DNA from: a virus
Taxonomy: Duplodnaviria; Caudoviricetes
DNA: 64,000 bases
IMG/VR virus record: IMGVR_UViG_3300037454_000078
Span: 17,435-81,434 of that record
Strand: one strand, 5' to 3'
Part shown: positions 36,599 through 46,165 of the stretch, piece by piece
Position numbering within the stretch: position 1 is the stretch's first letter
How the letters are laid out: every line of letters starts with the position of its first letter
Program-made: the position numbers and the translations under genes
The notes under the pieces: model-generated
Databases searched by the model: none
Told to the model about the DNA's origin: nothing
Seen by the model: only the letters and a program-made list of their open reading frames with translations

Positions 36599-36820
36599 AT
36601 GAAGAAGTTACTATTATTAGCACTTACAGCCGTGATGATGGCTGGGTGTAAGAATTTCTCTACTCCTACAGCATATCGCATTGGGGAAAGGTATTATATT
36701 GGAGAATGTGAATATGTATTTGGAGGACAGAATTTTACTCATGCAGGAGATTGTAAGTATTGCCAAGAGCGCAGGGAGAAGGAGTTAAGAGAACTTTTAA
36801 GAGAAATTAAAGAGAAATAG
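36599..36820 (+). CDS. Putative lipoprotein
   Basis: MKKLLLLALTAVMMAG-C signal/lipobox; HAGDCKYC motif. Confidence 0.7.
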   Translation: MKKLLLLALTAVMMAGCKNFSTPTAYRIGERYYIGECEYVFGGQNFTHAGDCKYCQERREKELRELLREIKEK

Positions 36821-36822
36821 AT

Positions 36823-37008
36823 ATGAAAGCAAAGGAATTGTTAGACAAGGCACTTGATTTCATCGTGGAAACACAGGAGGAAAATGACTATATCTGTGAG
36901 CAGATGGTAGAAGAATATGTTGATGATTACTGTGTAAATAATTGCCAAAATCTTAATAAGCAGTGCGTTAAGTTGTTTTTACAAAAAGTTTATAAGAAAG
37001 ATGAGTAA
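36823..37008 (+). CDS. Small Cys-containing hypothetical protein
   Basis: 61 aa. Confidence 0.6.
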   Translation: MKAKELLDKALDFIVETQEENDYICEQMVEEYVDDYCVNNCQNLNKQCVKLFLQKVYKKDE

Positions 37009-37264
37009 GGCAGAAGATAGAGCCTGTCAATATACAGGCTATTGTAAAAACCAATCATATAGTGATTTCCTAAATGGCTACCACCAAGCAGAGAAAGACC
37101 TTGAATTGACTTGGGAAGATATGAGAGAGTTGTATATCATGTTTGCTGAGGTTGATGTTGAAATCGAACTCTGTAAGGCTGATATTCAGGCAGAAACGCT
37201 TGGCTATTATCAAGAAGTATTGAAACGGTTTAAAGATTTGAAAAATGGTACTACAAAACGATGA
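37001..37264 (+). CDS. Hypothetical protein
   Basis: 87 aa. Confidence 0.65.
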   Translation: MSKAEDRACQYTGYCKNQSYSDFLNGYHQAEKDLELTWEDMRELYIMFAEVDVEIELCKADIQAETLGYYQEVLKRFKDLKNGTTKR

Positions 37265-37460
37265 ATTTAAAATCCAAGATGACGGCATCTGGATTTCCAA
37301 GAAAGCACTGGAAGAATGCCGTGACCACTATTTCAAAGTAGCCGACAAGTTCAAGCCAAAACCAAAGAGACAAGACTTGGATTTCCGCTGGCCTTTCTAT
37401 GTAGGTAAGGCTGATGTGTGTATTGACTTATTGAAGCATTTTGAACCGTTGGAATTATAA
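37245..37460 (+). CDS. Hypothetical protein
   Basis: 71 aa. Confidence 0.6.
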   Translation: MVLQNDEFKIQDDGIWISKKALEECRDHYFKVADKFKPKPKRQDLDFRWPFYVGKADVCIDLLKHFEPLEL

Positions 37461-37471
37461 AAGCAAAGCGT

Positions 37472-37855
37472 ATGGAAAAACTTAGATTTGGAGACATAAA
37501 GAAACTTGACTACAACGACGATACGCCGTTTGAGTATGTTCTTGTGGACTTGCTTTATAAGAAAGTGATTGACGTGAACTATGTACTTTCTTGCTATACC
37601 GATGCACTTGACAAAGAACGCCATATGAATGCAATGCGCTTCATCGAAGCCTGTGTAAACCTGACACAGATTCTTGGTGACAATTTCAAGGGTAAGGAAA
37701 AGCAGAAAGCCATCAAACGCGCCATCCATACATTTAACCTCAATACAACACTTGTACCACATATACATGATGAAAAATACGGCTATACAAGTGATGATGA
37801 AAAGGAGTGGGATGAGTTTTGTGAGCTTATCTACGGTACTGATTTAAAGAAATAA
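37472..37855 (+). CDS. Hypothetical protein
   Basis: 127 aa. Confidence 0.7.
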   Translation: MEKLRFGDIKKLDYNDDTPFEYVLVDLLYKKVIDVNYVLSCYTDALDKERHMNAMRFIEACVNLTQILGDNFKGKEKQKAIKRAIHTFNLNTTLVPHIHDEKYGYTSDDEKEWDEFCELIYGTDLKK

Positions 37856-37859
37856 GCAT

Positions 37860-38054
37860 ATGAAAAGTATTAAGGAAAAGGCTCAAGAATGGGCAGATAT
37901 GTACCCTTCTTGTGGTATGGCTGACAAGTCATTTGAGGCAGGTGCAAACTATGTGCTTGAGCAAATTGAGCAGTTGATTTACGAAAAGCATATTGAAGGT
38001 AATCTACCATTGTTTGACTTGACACATCTTATTGATAAATTAAAGGAGAAATAA
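37860..38054 (+). CDS. Hypothetical protein
   Basis: 64 aa. Confidence 0.6.
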   Translation: MKSIKEKAQEWADMYPSCGMADKSFEAGANYVLEQIEQLIYEKHIEGNLPLFDLTHLIDKLKEK

Positions 38055-38122
38055 CTATGGAACAGAATTTAAAGCAATTATTATTGAAAGTTTTAGGAAA
38101 TCGTTAGAGAAAGGAGGCAAAG

Positions 38123-38416
38123 ATGAAAAATAGAGATAAAATTCTGGAAGAATTGTTGTCTGCTTCAAGGCAGATGTTTGTTGATGGTAGTTATCCTGTG
38201 ACTGAGGATGAACTTGTCAAGTATCATAGTTCCTCTTTTGAGTTTGGATTTGCTTGTGGTGCTTTATGGATGCGAAAGACCATAGCAGACGAGATAGATA
38301 TGGATAAGATGATTTGCAAATTCGATAGCCATCCTATCATGCTGCGTACAAATGATGAATTGGATGCTTATAGAAAAGGCATAGAAGATACATTAAAAAC
38401 AATAAAAGGAGAATAA
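38123..38416 (+). CDS. Hypothetical protein ending KGE
   Basis: 97 aa. Confidence 0.65.
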   Translation: MKNRDKILEELLSASRQMFVDGSYPVTEDELVKYHSSSFEFGFACGALWMRKTIADEIDMDKMICKFDSHPIMLRTNDELDAYRKGIEDTLKTIKGE

Positions 38417-38507
38417 TTATGGAGGCAAAAGACTGTAAGTGTTCAAAAGAACAGGCAAAGAAAGCAGTAGAGAAATATAAAACACACTAAAGAAAGGAGA
38501 ATAGCGT

Positions 38508-39167
38508 ATGACAGACAAAGAGATTTCGTCGTATGCAGAAGATTATGCTTCTAAGTACGAAAACCTGACCCTTAATGTGGTTCTACAGAGAAGAGAGTTT
38601 ATCATCAAAAAACAGGCGTTTATCAAAGGCTATAAAAAAGCATTGAGCGACCTTAAACAATTACCAAAGGAGGAATGTATGACAGATAAAGAAAAGTTAA
38701 AAGCAATAAAGGCTGAGATTGAAAAGAAAATAAAAGTGTTATCTCCATTTACACATCAAGGAAGTGACACTTGTGGTAAAGTTATAAGACAACTAGAAAG
38801 TCTTGTTAGTTTCATTGATTCTCTCCCCGAAGAGCCTGTAAACAGTGTTTGGCATGACTCCAATAAAGAACAGCCAAAAAACATGAGTACTGTAGTTGTA
38901 TGGGATGGCAGTTATGGCGAAGTGCTAACCAATTGTGTTAAGGTAAATCCTGGCAGAATGTGGGCTTACATGGACGATATGCTCAACAAGAAAGAAGAAG
39001 ATCCTGTAAGCAATGATTTGGAGGAAGAAATAGAAAGACATATTAAAGAGTGCTTAGATATAAAGTTCCCGACAACTAACATTAAGATGATTGCGAAGGA
39101 TGTTGAATATACAGCTCGTAAGTTCTTCGAACTTGGATTAAAAGTGCAGAAAGGAGAAAAGGTATGA
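38508..39167 (+). CDS. Mosaic hypothetical protein (internal second MTDKE start-like module)
   Basis: 219 aa; modules separated by PKEE/PEEP/EEDP linkers. Confidence 0.7.
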   Translation: MTDKEISSYAEDYASKYENLTLNVVLQRREFIIKKQAFIKGYKKALSDLKQLPKEECMTDKEKLKAIKAEIEKKIKVLSPFTHQGSDTCGKVIRQLESLVSFIDSLPEEPVNSVWHDSNKEQPKNMSTVVVWDGSYGEVLTNCVKVNPGRMWAYMDDMLNKKEEDPVSNDLEEEIERHIKECLDIKFPTTNIKMIAKDVEYTARKFFELGLKVQKGEKV

Positions 39168-39313
39168 CGGTTAATGCAAAACAGTTAGCGCAATATTTAC
39201 TTAGACACCCAGATTATGAGGTGCTTATACCTACAAAAAGCGGTGTTTATTATCCAGTTGTTGATGCACAAGTTGGAGAAAATGTATTCTATTTAATTGG
39301 ATATACTGGATAA
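39164..39313 (+). CDS. Small hypothetical protein (49 aa)
   Basis: Manually translated; ATGA overlap. Confidence 0.5.
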   Translation: MTVNAKQLAQYLLRHPDYEVLIPTKSGVYYPVVDAQVGENVFYLIGYTG

Positions 39314-39350
39314 TAAAAATGCGACAAATAATAACAGAAAAAGAAGAGGT

Positions 39351-39506
39351 ATGAGTAAAGTACTACAATGTCCCCACTTCTACAGTTTAAGTGGAGTTAT
39401 ATATGGATGCTTACTTGGTAGATTTCCGTGCAACTGTGAGGAATGTGACTGCACAGATAAGCGTTATGTTGAAGTTACAACCACTACATCAACAACATGT
39501 AAATAG
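39351..39506 (+). CDS. Small Cys-rich protein (51 aa)
   Basis: CPHF...CLLGRFPCNCEECDC. Confidence 0.55.
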   Translation: MSKVLQCPHFYSLSGVIYGCLLGRFPCNCEECDCTDKRYVEVTTTTSTTCK

Positions 39507-39569
39507 TAATAGGAATAATTATTTTAAAGGAGAAGAGGTCTGAAAACTGGGCATCTAACAGAAGCTATA

Positions 39570-39764
39570 ATGCACTACAAGCACATTGGAATTGTAGAAA
39601 TGGCTAACAAAATAGGAATATCAGAATCGTCTATGTCAACACTCATTGCTGGTAGAAGAAATATAACTCCTACACTTGCAAAGAAAATTGGAGGTGTGCT
39701 TGATATAGACCCGTTAGTAATTATGACAAATAGAATGTGTGAAGAACTACAGAAAGGAGAATAA
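39570..39764 (+). CDS. XRE/HigA-like helix-turn-helix protein (possibly N-truncated)
   Basis: EMANKIGISESSMSTLIAGRRNITPTLAKKIG. Confidence 0.75.
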   Translation: MHYKHIGIVEMANKIGISESSMSTLIAGRRNITPTLAKKIGGVLDIDPLVIMTNRMCEELQKGE

Positions 39765-39766
39765 CA

Positions 39767-40075
39767 ATGACAAAAGAAGAAGCAATAAAGTACCTACAGC
39801 AGCTCTACCCCAATGGAGGACACTGCTGGCTCGACGAACAGAGAATAGAGGCTATTGGTATGGCTGTAAACGCTTTGCAAAAAGTTCCTGAGAGTATATG
39901 GCATGATGCAAATCAGCAACCTACAATGTACCGAAAGTATCTTATAAGATATTCCGACGGTAGAGTCAGTGGCTCTTGGGAAAGGCACGATGATGGTTTT
40001 ATTCCTTGGAAAGATGTAGTAAAAGAACACGGTTTTACGCATTGGTGCTATGTTGAAGATTTAATAAAACTATAA
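39767..40075 (+). CDS. Two-module hypothetical protein
   Basis: 102 aa (MTKEEAIKYL... / SIWHDANQQP...THWCYVEDL). Confidence 0.7.
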   Translation: MTKEEAIKYLQQLYPNGGHCWLDEQRIEAIGMAVNALQKVPESIWHDANQQPTMYRKYLIRYSDGRVSGSWERHDDGFIPWKDVVKEHGFTHWCYVEDLIKL

Positions 40076-40129
40076 TAGTATGACGTCAGACTTTGCACAG
40101 GATTACAAAGAATATATGGAGGACAGCGT

Positions 40130-40411
40130 ATGAAAGATATTTTTAAGATGAATGTTGATGACTATATAGATGAATTAACAAAAGATGCATCAGACATGAT
40201 AAAATGAGTTAAGAATACCATATCATATACAACAGCACAGGCTTTGTCCTCCGACCTTAACAAACTTTCGTGTGAATACGAAATCCGCAAAGAAAATGTA
40301 GCGGAGGTTATTATGGCTGCGAAGACCCTCCACGACAACCCAGAACTTGGAAAACTGACGGATAAAGAGATTGAGGAACTTGAAAACAAAACTGTAGATT
40401 TAGGCGTATGA
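40130..40411 (+). pseudogene. Reading frame interrupted by in-frame TGA at 40205-40207
   Basis: MKDIF...DMIK*VKNTISY...TVDLGV, same frame on both sides. Confidence 0.5.
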
Positions 40412-40547
40412 TTACACCTTACGACATTCCAAAACCGATTGCGCCTTGCATCGTCGACGTAATAGTAATACGGATGGTTTTCCTGTAACGCTACCGAATG
40501 GCACAAGTGTATATAACAGCAAATTAACAAACTTTAAATATGTAAAT

Positions 40548-40579
40548 ATTGAAATATTGCAAATAAGTTGTTATCTTTG
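40548..40579 (+). promoter_or_regulatory. Bacteroidetes promoter
   Basis: ATTG-N20-TATCTTTG with TTGAAATATTGCAA. Confidence 0.7.
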
Positions 40580-40606
40580 CACACGTAACTTTTAATTCAT
40601 TCAGAT

Positions 40607-41131
40607 ATGGTATTTTTTGAAAACGAAATTTGCGAAGCACTCAGACTACCGAAAATCCCCAAGAAGAAGTGGGACGGGAAGAGCAGCTTCAACAAATGCG
40701 TGGCTGTCATAAGCCTCTCTTATGGTGGAAAAGCCTACGCTGTGGCGTCGTACGATTCAGAGAAAGACGAAAAGCCAAGAATAGTAAAAGTATTCTCTCA
40801 AGAGCCTTTCTGTGACGTTCTTGAAGTATTCATCGTTCCTCAGTACATGGACGTCGAGGACATTAAAGACGCAGACCTTGACGACGAGTCGAAGAAGCGC
40901 GCCGAAGAGCTTGCAAAAGAAGCCAAGGAGATTGAGGATGAAGGTGTTGAAGAAGAGACGAAAGAGCCAGAGAACGAGTACTTCTTTGACCACATCAAGG
41001 ATGACGATATGGCAAGAGCCTATATTGCTGCGTACAACAAAGCAAACAAGATTAAGGGACGTGTTCCGAAGACTCACGAAGGGCTTGTAATGCGTCTGTC
41101 AGTCATCCACGCGGAAACAAACAAAAAATAA
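40607..41131 (+). CDS. Hypothetical protein
   Basis: 174 aa, acidic central linker. Confidence 0.75.
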   Translation: MVFFENEICEALRLPKIPKKKWDGKSSFNKCVAVISLSYGGKAYAVASYDSEKDEKPRIVKVFSQEPFCDVLEVFIVPQYMDVEDIKDADLDDESKKRAEELAKEAKEIEDEGVEEETKEPENEYFFDHIKDDDMARAYIAAYNKANKIKGRVPKTHEGLVMRLSVIHAETNKK

Positions 41132-41134
41132 AGC

Positions 41135-41329
41135 ATGAGTGCACTGGCATACATAGGAATCGCTTTCCTGCTTCTTTCTGGATGCGGAATTGCTGTTTTT
41201 TTCTATGAAATAGCGCACGCGATTCCTGAAGAAGAACTTTACAAAACAAAAGAACAACATGGAACAGAAGAAGAAACTTACGAACGCACAACTGGTGCGA
41301 AGAATATCAAAAGCGGTAGTGCATCTTGA
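41135..41329 (+). CDS. Small membrane-anchored protein
   Basis: N-terminal hydrophobic helix; real stop may lie earlier. Confidence 0.4.
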   Translation: MSALAYIGIAFLLLSGCGIAVFFYEIAHAIPEEELYKTKEQHGTEEETYERTTGAKNIKSGSAS

Positions 41330-41912
41330 CAGAACAAAGAACACAAGTGAGATTTTCTTTTCAGATAAAGGCTTGCGCCTCGTGTCAGACAACGACTACT
41401 GCGTAATCGAGACAGGATACCATCGTCACGTCTTTTCCAATATAACGTCTTCTGGAATATCTCGCCCTTGGCTGTACACAAAGAGACTCGTGGAGATAGC
41501 AAACGAACATCTCGATGGCTGTAAGACGGAGAGTGGATACTCATTTGGCAGGCTCATAGATTTCCTGAAGACCAAAGAGGATAGGACGGAGTACAATATC
41601 TGCGTATTCGTTGACTGGTGGCTTTTCAATATTTTCCAGCCACTGTTCTCTGTCGGCGAGACGGAAGCAGAGCAATTCCTTGTCTACGAGTCATACATCC
41701 ACAATATCGCACGCAACTCGATTCTGTTGAGCGAGAAGACGGAAGACATGACAAACAAGCAGTTCCTCGATAAGATGATTGAGAGTATCCGCGAGTTCAC
41801 TGCAGACATGGACGAACGCGTTCTGTTCGAGAAGAAGACAGATGAAGAAGTTGCAAGAGAGAGCATAGAAGCAATTCAAGAACAAGAGTTGAACGAACAG
41901 ACGAAGCAATGA
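41259..41912 (+). CDS. Hypothetical protein
   Basis: 217 aa. Confidence 0.75.
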   Translation: MEQKKKLTNAQLVRRISKAVVHLDRTKNTSEIFFSDKGLRLVSDNDYCVIETGYHRHVFSNITSSGISRPWLYTKRLVEIANEHLDGCKTESGYSFGRLIDFLKTKEDRTEYNICVFVDWWLFNIFQPLFSVGETEAEQFLVYESYIHNIARNSILLSEKTEDMTNKQFLDKMIESIREFTADMDERVLFEKKTDEEVARESIEAIQEQELNEQTKQ

Positions 41913-42067
41913 ACGAAGAGTGGATAGGAATATCAGAGTACGCTAAGAGAGTAGGCAAGTCTAAGCAGACCATCTACAACTGGGTTCGGAGCGGCAAGGT
42001 CGAGAGTAAGACGTTCCGCAGAGGTACTATGCAGGGAATACTTATAAAAGTGGCAGACAATGAATAA
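41909..42067 (+). CDS. Excisionase/MerR-like small HTH protein (52 aa)
   Basis: Manually translated WIGISEYAKRVGKSKQTIYNWVRSGKV. Confidence 0.7.
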   Translation: MNEEWIGISEYAKRVGKSKQTIYNWVRSGKVESKTFRRGTMQGILIKVADNE

Positions 42068-42458
42068 GACGACCGACGCAGTCAAGCGCATGCTCAAAGA
42101 GCAATGGGAGAAAGCCTGCAACGGCTATCTCGTTGAGCTTGCACGAATGTGGGAGTGGGATTTGGAATCTTACGGATTCTGGATTGGCAACGAAGTTGGT
42201 GGCGTGTTCAGCTATGGGGACTGCTATCACGTCGACATGGAAGACGTTATATACTGTGTTGAGCATGACGTGACGAGCGACGAGTACCTTTCTCACAACG
42301 ACTACTGGCTCAAGTGCGACGAGTACAATTTAAACAAGTTGTCGCTCAAGGCGTGGCACGAAGGTGCTCCGAGAATACCGCAGGAAGTGTTTGACAAACT
42401 CGACGCGCTGAAGAAGAATCTTAATGACGAAATAGACAACGTAAAAAATCGGTTTTGA
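42060..42458 (+). CDS. Hypothetical protein
   Basis: 132 aa. Confidence 0.7.
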   Translation: MNKTTDAVKRMLKEQWEKACNGYLVELARMWEWDLESYGFWIGNEVGGVFSYGDCYHVDMEDVIYCVEHDVTSDEYLSHNDYWLKCDEYNLNKLSLKAWHEGAPRIPQEVFDKLDALKKNLNDEIDNVKNRF

Positions 42459-42459
42459 T

Positions 42460-42654
42460 ATGGCAACAGAAAAAGAGAAACAGGACTGGCAGGCTCAGGA
42501 CGACGCCTACACTATGGCTCGCTATCAGGAGATAATGGCAGACAAGAAACGTGCCGCACGCGCAGTCAAGGCTGCAAGACAACAGGCAGACGCCATGAAG
42601 AGCGCCGCGATAAAAAGAGACAGTGTTATATACAAACAAAAGAAAAAGAAGTGA
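42460..42654 (+). CDS. Small basic hypothetical protein
   Basis: 64 aa. Confidence 0.65.
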   Translation: MATEKEKQDWQAQDDAYTMARYQEIMADKKRAARAVKAARQQADAMKSAAIKRDSVIYKQKKKK

Positions 42655-42655
42655 T

Positions 42656-42940
42656 ATGGCAAGCAAATCGGCAGAATACTATCGCACGCACCCAAAAGCG
42701 CGGGAGAAGAAGAAGCAGTACGACACGGAGTTCGAGAAGAAGCCAGAGCAGCGCAAGAAACGCTCTGAGCTGACTCAGCACAACAGGGAGCACGACGAGA
42801 AGTACGGCAAAGCGTCACGTAAAGGGAAGGATGCGTCGCATACGTCTCACGGCATAGTCTACAAGTCTTCTTCAGTGAACAGAGGAAGCAAGTCTGACAC
42901 TGCTGGCGACAGAAGAGCAAGGGGCGGAAAGAAGAAGTGA
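42656..42940 (+). CDS. Basic protein with minimal HNH-like motif (KDASH...NR)
   Basis: 94 aa. Confidence 0.55.
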   Translation: MASKSAEYYRTHPKAREKKKQYDTEFEKKPEQRKKRSELTQHNREHDEKYGKASRKGKDASHTSHGIVYKSSSVNRGSKSDTAGDRRARGGKKK

Positions 42941-42969
42941 TAAACAACCTACGAAAACAAAAGAAAGAT

Positions 42970-44112
42970 ATGAAAGTAACATTTGAAACCAACGAAGTGC
43001 TGCCGAAACTCATGCAAGCAGCATCTGTAATCAACAGCAAGAACAGCATCTCCGTACTGTCTGACGTGTGCTTCACGATAAGCGAAGATAACATCATCAT
43101 GACAGCAAGCGACGGAGAGAACTGGGTGACAGAGAGAGCCGACGTCGTTATCTCAGACATGGACGCGTCAATATGCGTCGCTGCAAAAGACATCATCAAC
43201 TGCCTGAAGACGCTTTCTGACGAGAACGTAACGATGACGATTGACAAGGACGCGTCGACTGTTACGCTCGACTATGGAAGTGGAAAGATTAATCTTCCGT
43301 ACGATGCGTCTGATGACTTCCCTACGCCTAATCTCAGCGTTGACGGAGCAAGCGAGATAATCGTTTACAGCAATCTCATAAAGACAGCCATAAGTCTTGC
43401 AAGAGCGTCTACAGAGAACAGCATCGTACGACCAATCATGAGCGGAGTGCATTTCTTGTTCTCAGACGGAACGATGACTGTGAACGGAGCAAGCCATGCA
43501 AGGGTTGTCAAGTTTGTGGAACATGTGAAAGCAGACAGCGACATGTCTTACTTCGAGTTCACTCTTCCACCGAAAGCGTATTCAGTCATAACGAGCGTTC
43601 TTGAAGGCGTTAGCGAAGACGTGAAGCTGAAGTTCACAGACAAAGCAGTGTCAGTAAGCAACCGAAACTTCAGAATCACAGCACGACTGTTGGAAGGTGC
43701 TTATCCAGACTGCAACCTCGTCATACCTCAGAACAGTCCAATCAAGATAGAAGTTGACAAGGAGTGCATGTTCCAAGCTCTCAGACGAGTTCTGTCTATT
43801 GACAACAGCAACAGACTGTTCACGCTATACGTCAACAGAGACACGATTACGGTAAGCGCAGAAGACATCAGCTTCGGAAGAACCTCAGAAGAAGAGATGC
43901 GGTGCGTCAATCCAACTGACAGCGAGTTGCAGATATGCTTCAACGGAGACGTCGTCTCAGATGTATTGAGAAGCATAGACGACGAAGAAGTCGTGATTGA
44001 GATGTCTGCTCCAACGCTTCCAGCCGTTTTCCATGCGAAAGACGAAGTTAAGAGCGAAAAGTATATGTCTGTAGTAATGCCAATGCAGATTCAAGCCCCA
44101 ATCGTACGATGA
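42970..44112 (+). CDS. dnaN: DNA polymerase III beta subunit (sliding clamp)
   Basis: 380 aa; ITARLLEGAYPDC, ICFNGDVVSDVL, VVMPMQI motifs. Confidence 0.92.
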   Translation: MKVTFETNEVLPKLMQAASVINSKNSISVLSDVCFTISEDNIIMTASDGENWVTERADVVISDMDASICVAAKDIINCLKTLSDENVTMTIDKDASTVTLDYGSGKINLPYDASDDFPTPNLSVDGASEIIVYSNLIKTAISLARASTENSIVRPIMSGVHFLFSDGTMTVNGASHARVVKFVEHVKADSDMSYFEFTLPPKAYSVITSVLEGVSEDVKLKFTDKAVSVSNRNFRITARLLEGAYPDCNLVIPQNSPIKIEVDKECMFQALRRVLSIDNSNRLFTLYVNRDTITVSAEDISFGRTSEEEMRCVNPTDSELQICFNGDVVSDVLRSIDDEEVVIEMSAPTLPAVFHAKDEVKSEKYMSVVMPMQIQAPIVR

Positions 44113-44537
44113 ACGACTACTCAGTACACACGAACGGGTTCATAGAAAGAAAGAACGGTGGACGATACGAAGGGGTCGTCAGAGTGGAAGGTATCGACTT
44201 GTCGCCAATTGAAGCCACGTTCTTCACTGACGACTACTGCGAGAAGTACCTCTGGCTCAAGCGCAAGCCAATCATGGAGTACGACATGGAATCGCAGTCG
44301 TACAAGACACGACCCCGAAACCCACCGTTCGAAGCCTATCTCAAGAAGCTGTCTGATAGTGGAGTCGTCGCGTATAAAGGCGAGTTCATGTTCATGAGAT
44401 TCAAGTTCTCGATTGTAGGCGTATGGGACGAAGTGGCAGGAAAAGACGCCCAAAGAATGAACCTGTTCGTAGAACGTCTTCCAATCTCAGAACAGGCAAT
44501 ACTTAAAGACATAAACAAGAGAAAGAGAACTGTATGA
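44109..44537 (+). CDS. Hypothetical protein
   Basis: 142 aa beta-rich. Confidence 0.7.
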   Translation: MNDYSVHTNGFIERKNGGRYEGVVRVEGIDLSPIEATFFTDDYCEKYLWLKRKPIMEYDMESQSYKTRPRNPPFEAYLKKLSDSGVVAYKGEFMFMRFKFSIVGVWDEVAGKDAQRMNLFVERLPISEQAILKDINKRKRTV

Positions 44538-45016
44538 TTAATGACGAGATGATAGCTTCCGACTGGCGCAACTTGGACAGCATAGACGACATACTCACAG
44601 CTGTCAGACAACACGAGATGGACATCATGACGTATCTTGCAGACACGGTCGCTTCCTTGTGCAACATAGAACGCAACGACATGCTAAGAGCTTGCAGCGA
44701 AGCACATTTAGCACAACCACGATGGCTATTCTGGTACGCATACAGATACATGACTGGAGAGACACTTGAGAAGGTTTCTGAGATGACAGAGCGTTGCTGC
44801 GGTCACAGATTCACGCCGAACGGCATAGGGCAGTGCGTGAACAAGATGTCTCAGATGATTAGCTCTGAGCCAATGTGGACTAAGAGATGGACTATCATCA
44901 AGCGCATCATAAAACTTCGCGACACAGACGTCAAGAAGAACTCAGACAACACGATAACGATAACTGTTCCAAGAGAGCTTAAAGACATTATTAATATAGA
45001 AATAAAAGAGAAATAG
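44534..45016 (+). CDS. DnaA domain-IV-like HTH protein
   Basis: VASLCNIERNDML...AQPRWLFWYAYRYMTGETLEKV resembles the Bac_DnaA_C pattern. Confidence 0.55.
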   Translation: MINDEMIASDWRNLDSIDDILTAVRQHEMDIMTYLADTVASLCNIERNDMLRACSEAHLAQPRWLFWYAYRYMTGETLEKVSEMTERCCGHRFTPNGIGQCVNKMSQMISSEPMWTKRWTIIKRIIKLRDTDVKKNSDNTITITVPRELKDIINIEIKEK

Positions 45017-45047
45017 GAAATCAGGATTTCAGATATGATTAAGTAAT

Positions 45048-45539
45048 ATGGGAAAGGTTTATATAGGTTTGGACAATGGTACTACAGGCACAATAGGTAT
45101 TGTCGGCGATGACATAGCACCGCAGATATACCATACTCCAACAAAGGTGGAGCAGGATTATACAAAAGCCAAGAAGAACATCACGCGGCTGGATTGCGGT
45201 AGGTTCTTGGAGATATTGGGACAGTTCAACAAGAACGATGTAAGGGTCGTATGTGAACGCCCGATGATTAATCCGACAAGATGGAATGCCACGATTACGG
45301 CAGTAAGATGTTGGGAAGCACAGCTGATTTTACTTGAGACTCTTGAAATACCGCACATGTTCGTAGACAGCAAGGAATGGCAGAAGGAACTTCTTCCGAA
45401 GGGTATAAAGGGTTCTGACGAGCAGAAGAAGGCAAGCAAGGATATTGGCAAGCGATTGTTTCCACAACTTGCAGACTTTAAGCATAGTGACTTCGATGGA
45501 CTCCTCATCGCGGAGTACGCAAGACGCAAAAACTTATAG
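45048..45539 (+). CDS. RuvC-like Holliday junction resolvase
   Basis: YIGLDNG, VVCERP, DGLLIAEY acidic triad pattern. Confidence 0.8.
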   Translation: MGKVYIGLDNGTTGTIGIVGDDIAPQIYHTPTKVEQDYTKAKKNITRLDCGRFLEILGQFNKNDVRVVCERPMINPTRWNATITAVRCWEAQLILLETLEIPHMFVDSKEWQKELLPKGIKGSDEQKKASKDIGKRLFPQLADFKHSDFDGLLIAEYARRKNL

Positions 45540-45541
45540 AT

Positions 45542-46162
45542 ATGCTGGATTTACTTTCTACACAGAACGCATTGCACACAAGGCTTATTGACTTCAGCCT
45601 GCAGCAGTATTTGTTCGTCCTTCAAGTCGTACTTGGAGAGAGAATAGAAGTTGCGTACGCGAACACGTTCGACACCGCTGAGTTTAAGCGCAACGTGCCA
45701 AGCGAGGACGAAGAAGACTATCTCGCTAAACTCAGACGCGACGCAGAGAACATGATGGATACTCAAGAGTGTGTACAGCTTAGGGACGAGCTCGAGTCTT
45801 TGTACAACTCTGACATACAAGCGAAAGCAACCAATTTCAAAGGGTATCGCTTCAGTGGTGAGGATGTGCAGAAGCTTCTTGCGGACTTGTTGCACGATAG
45901 AACGTCCGACCTCTCAGAGGCAAGTGTCAGGGATATTCTCGCACTACTGAAGATGATGTACGAGAATGGGTCTCTCGACTCTGGAGACACGTTCCAACGA
46001 CATTGGGTGACTCTCCCAAAGAAGTACGACTGCATCTGCCCCAACTGCAACCACGAAATCTATCTGGTAGAAGGAGTTGATAACAGATGCAACCACTGCT
46101 CTCATATCATCAGGTGGTCAGAAGAAGAGCAGAGATTCTACCCGAATCCAGATAAACTGTAA
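45542..46162 (+). CDS. Hypothetical protein with C-terminal zinc ribbon (possible small terminase-like)
   Basis: CPNC...CNHC; TerS call is speculative. Confidence 0.55.
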   Translation: MLDLLSTQNALHTRLIDFSLQQYLFVLQVVLGERIEVAYANTFDTAEFKRNVPSEDEEDYLAKLRRDAENMMDTQECVQLRDELESLYNSDIQAKATNFKGYRFSGEDVQKLLADLLHDRTSDLSEASVRDILALLKMMYENGSLDSGDTFQRHWVTLPKKYDCICPNCNHEIYLVEGVDNRCNHCSHIIRWSEEEQRFYPNPDKL

Positions 46163-46165
46163 GTT

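Noticed and set aside
45542-46162. Firm call as terminase small subunit
   Set aside because: No adjacent large terminase and no diagnostic motif; kept as hypothetical zinc-ribbon protein
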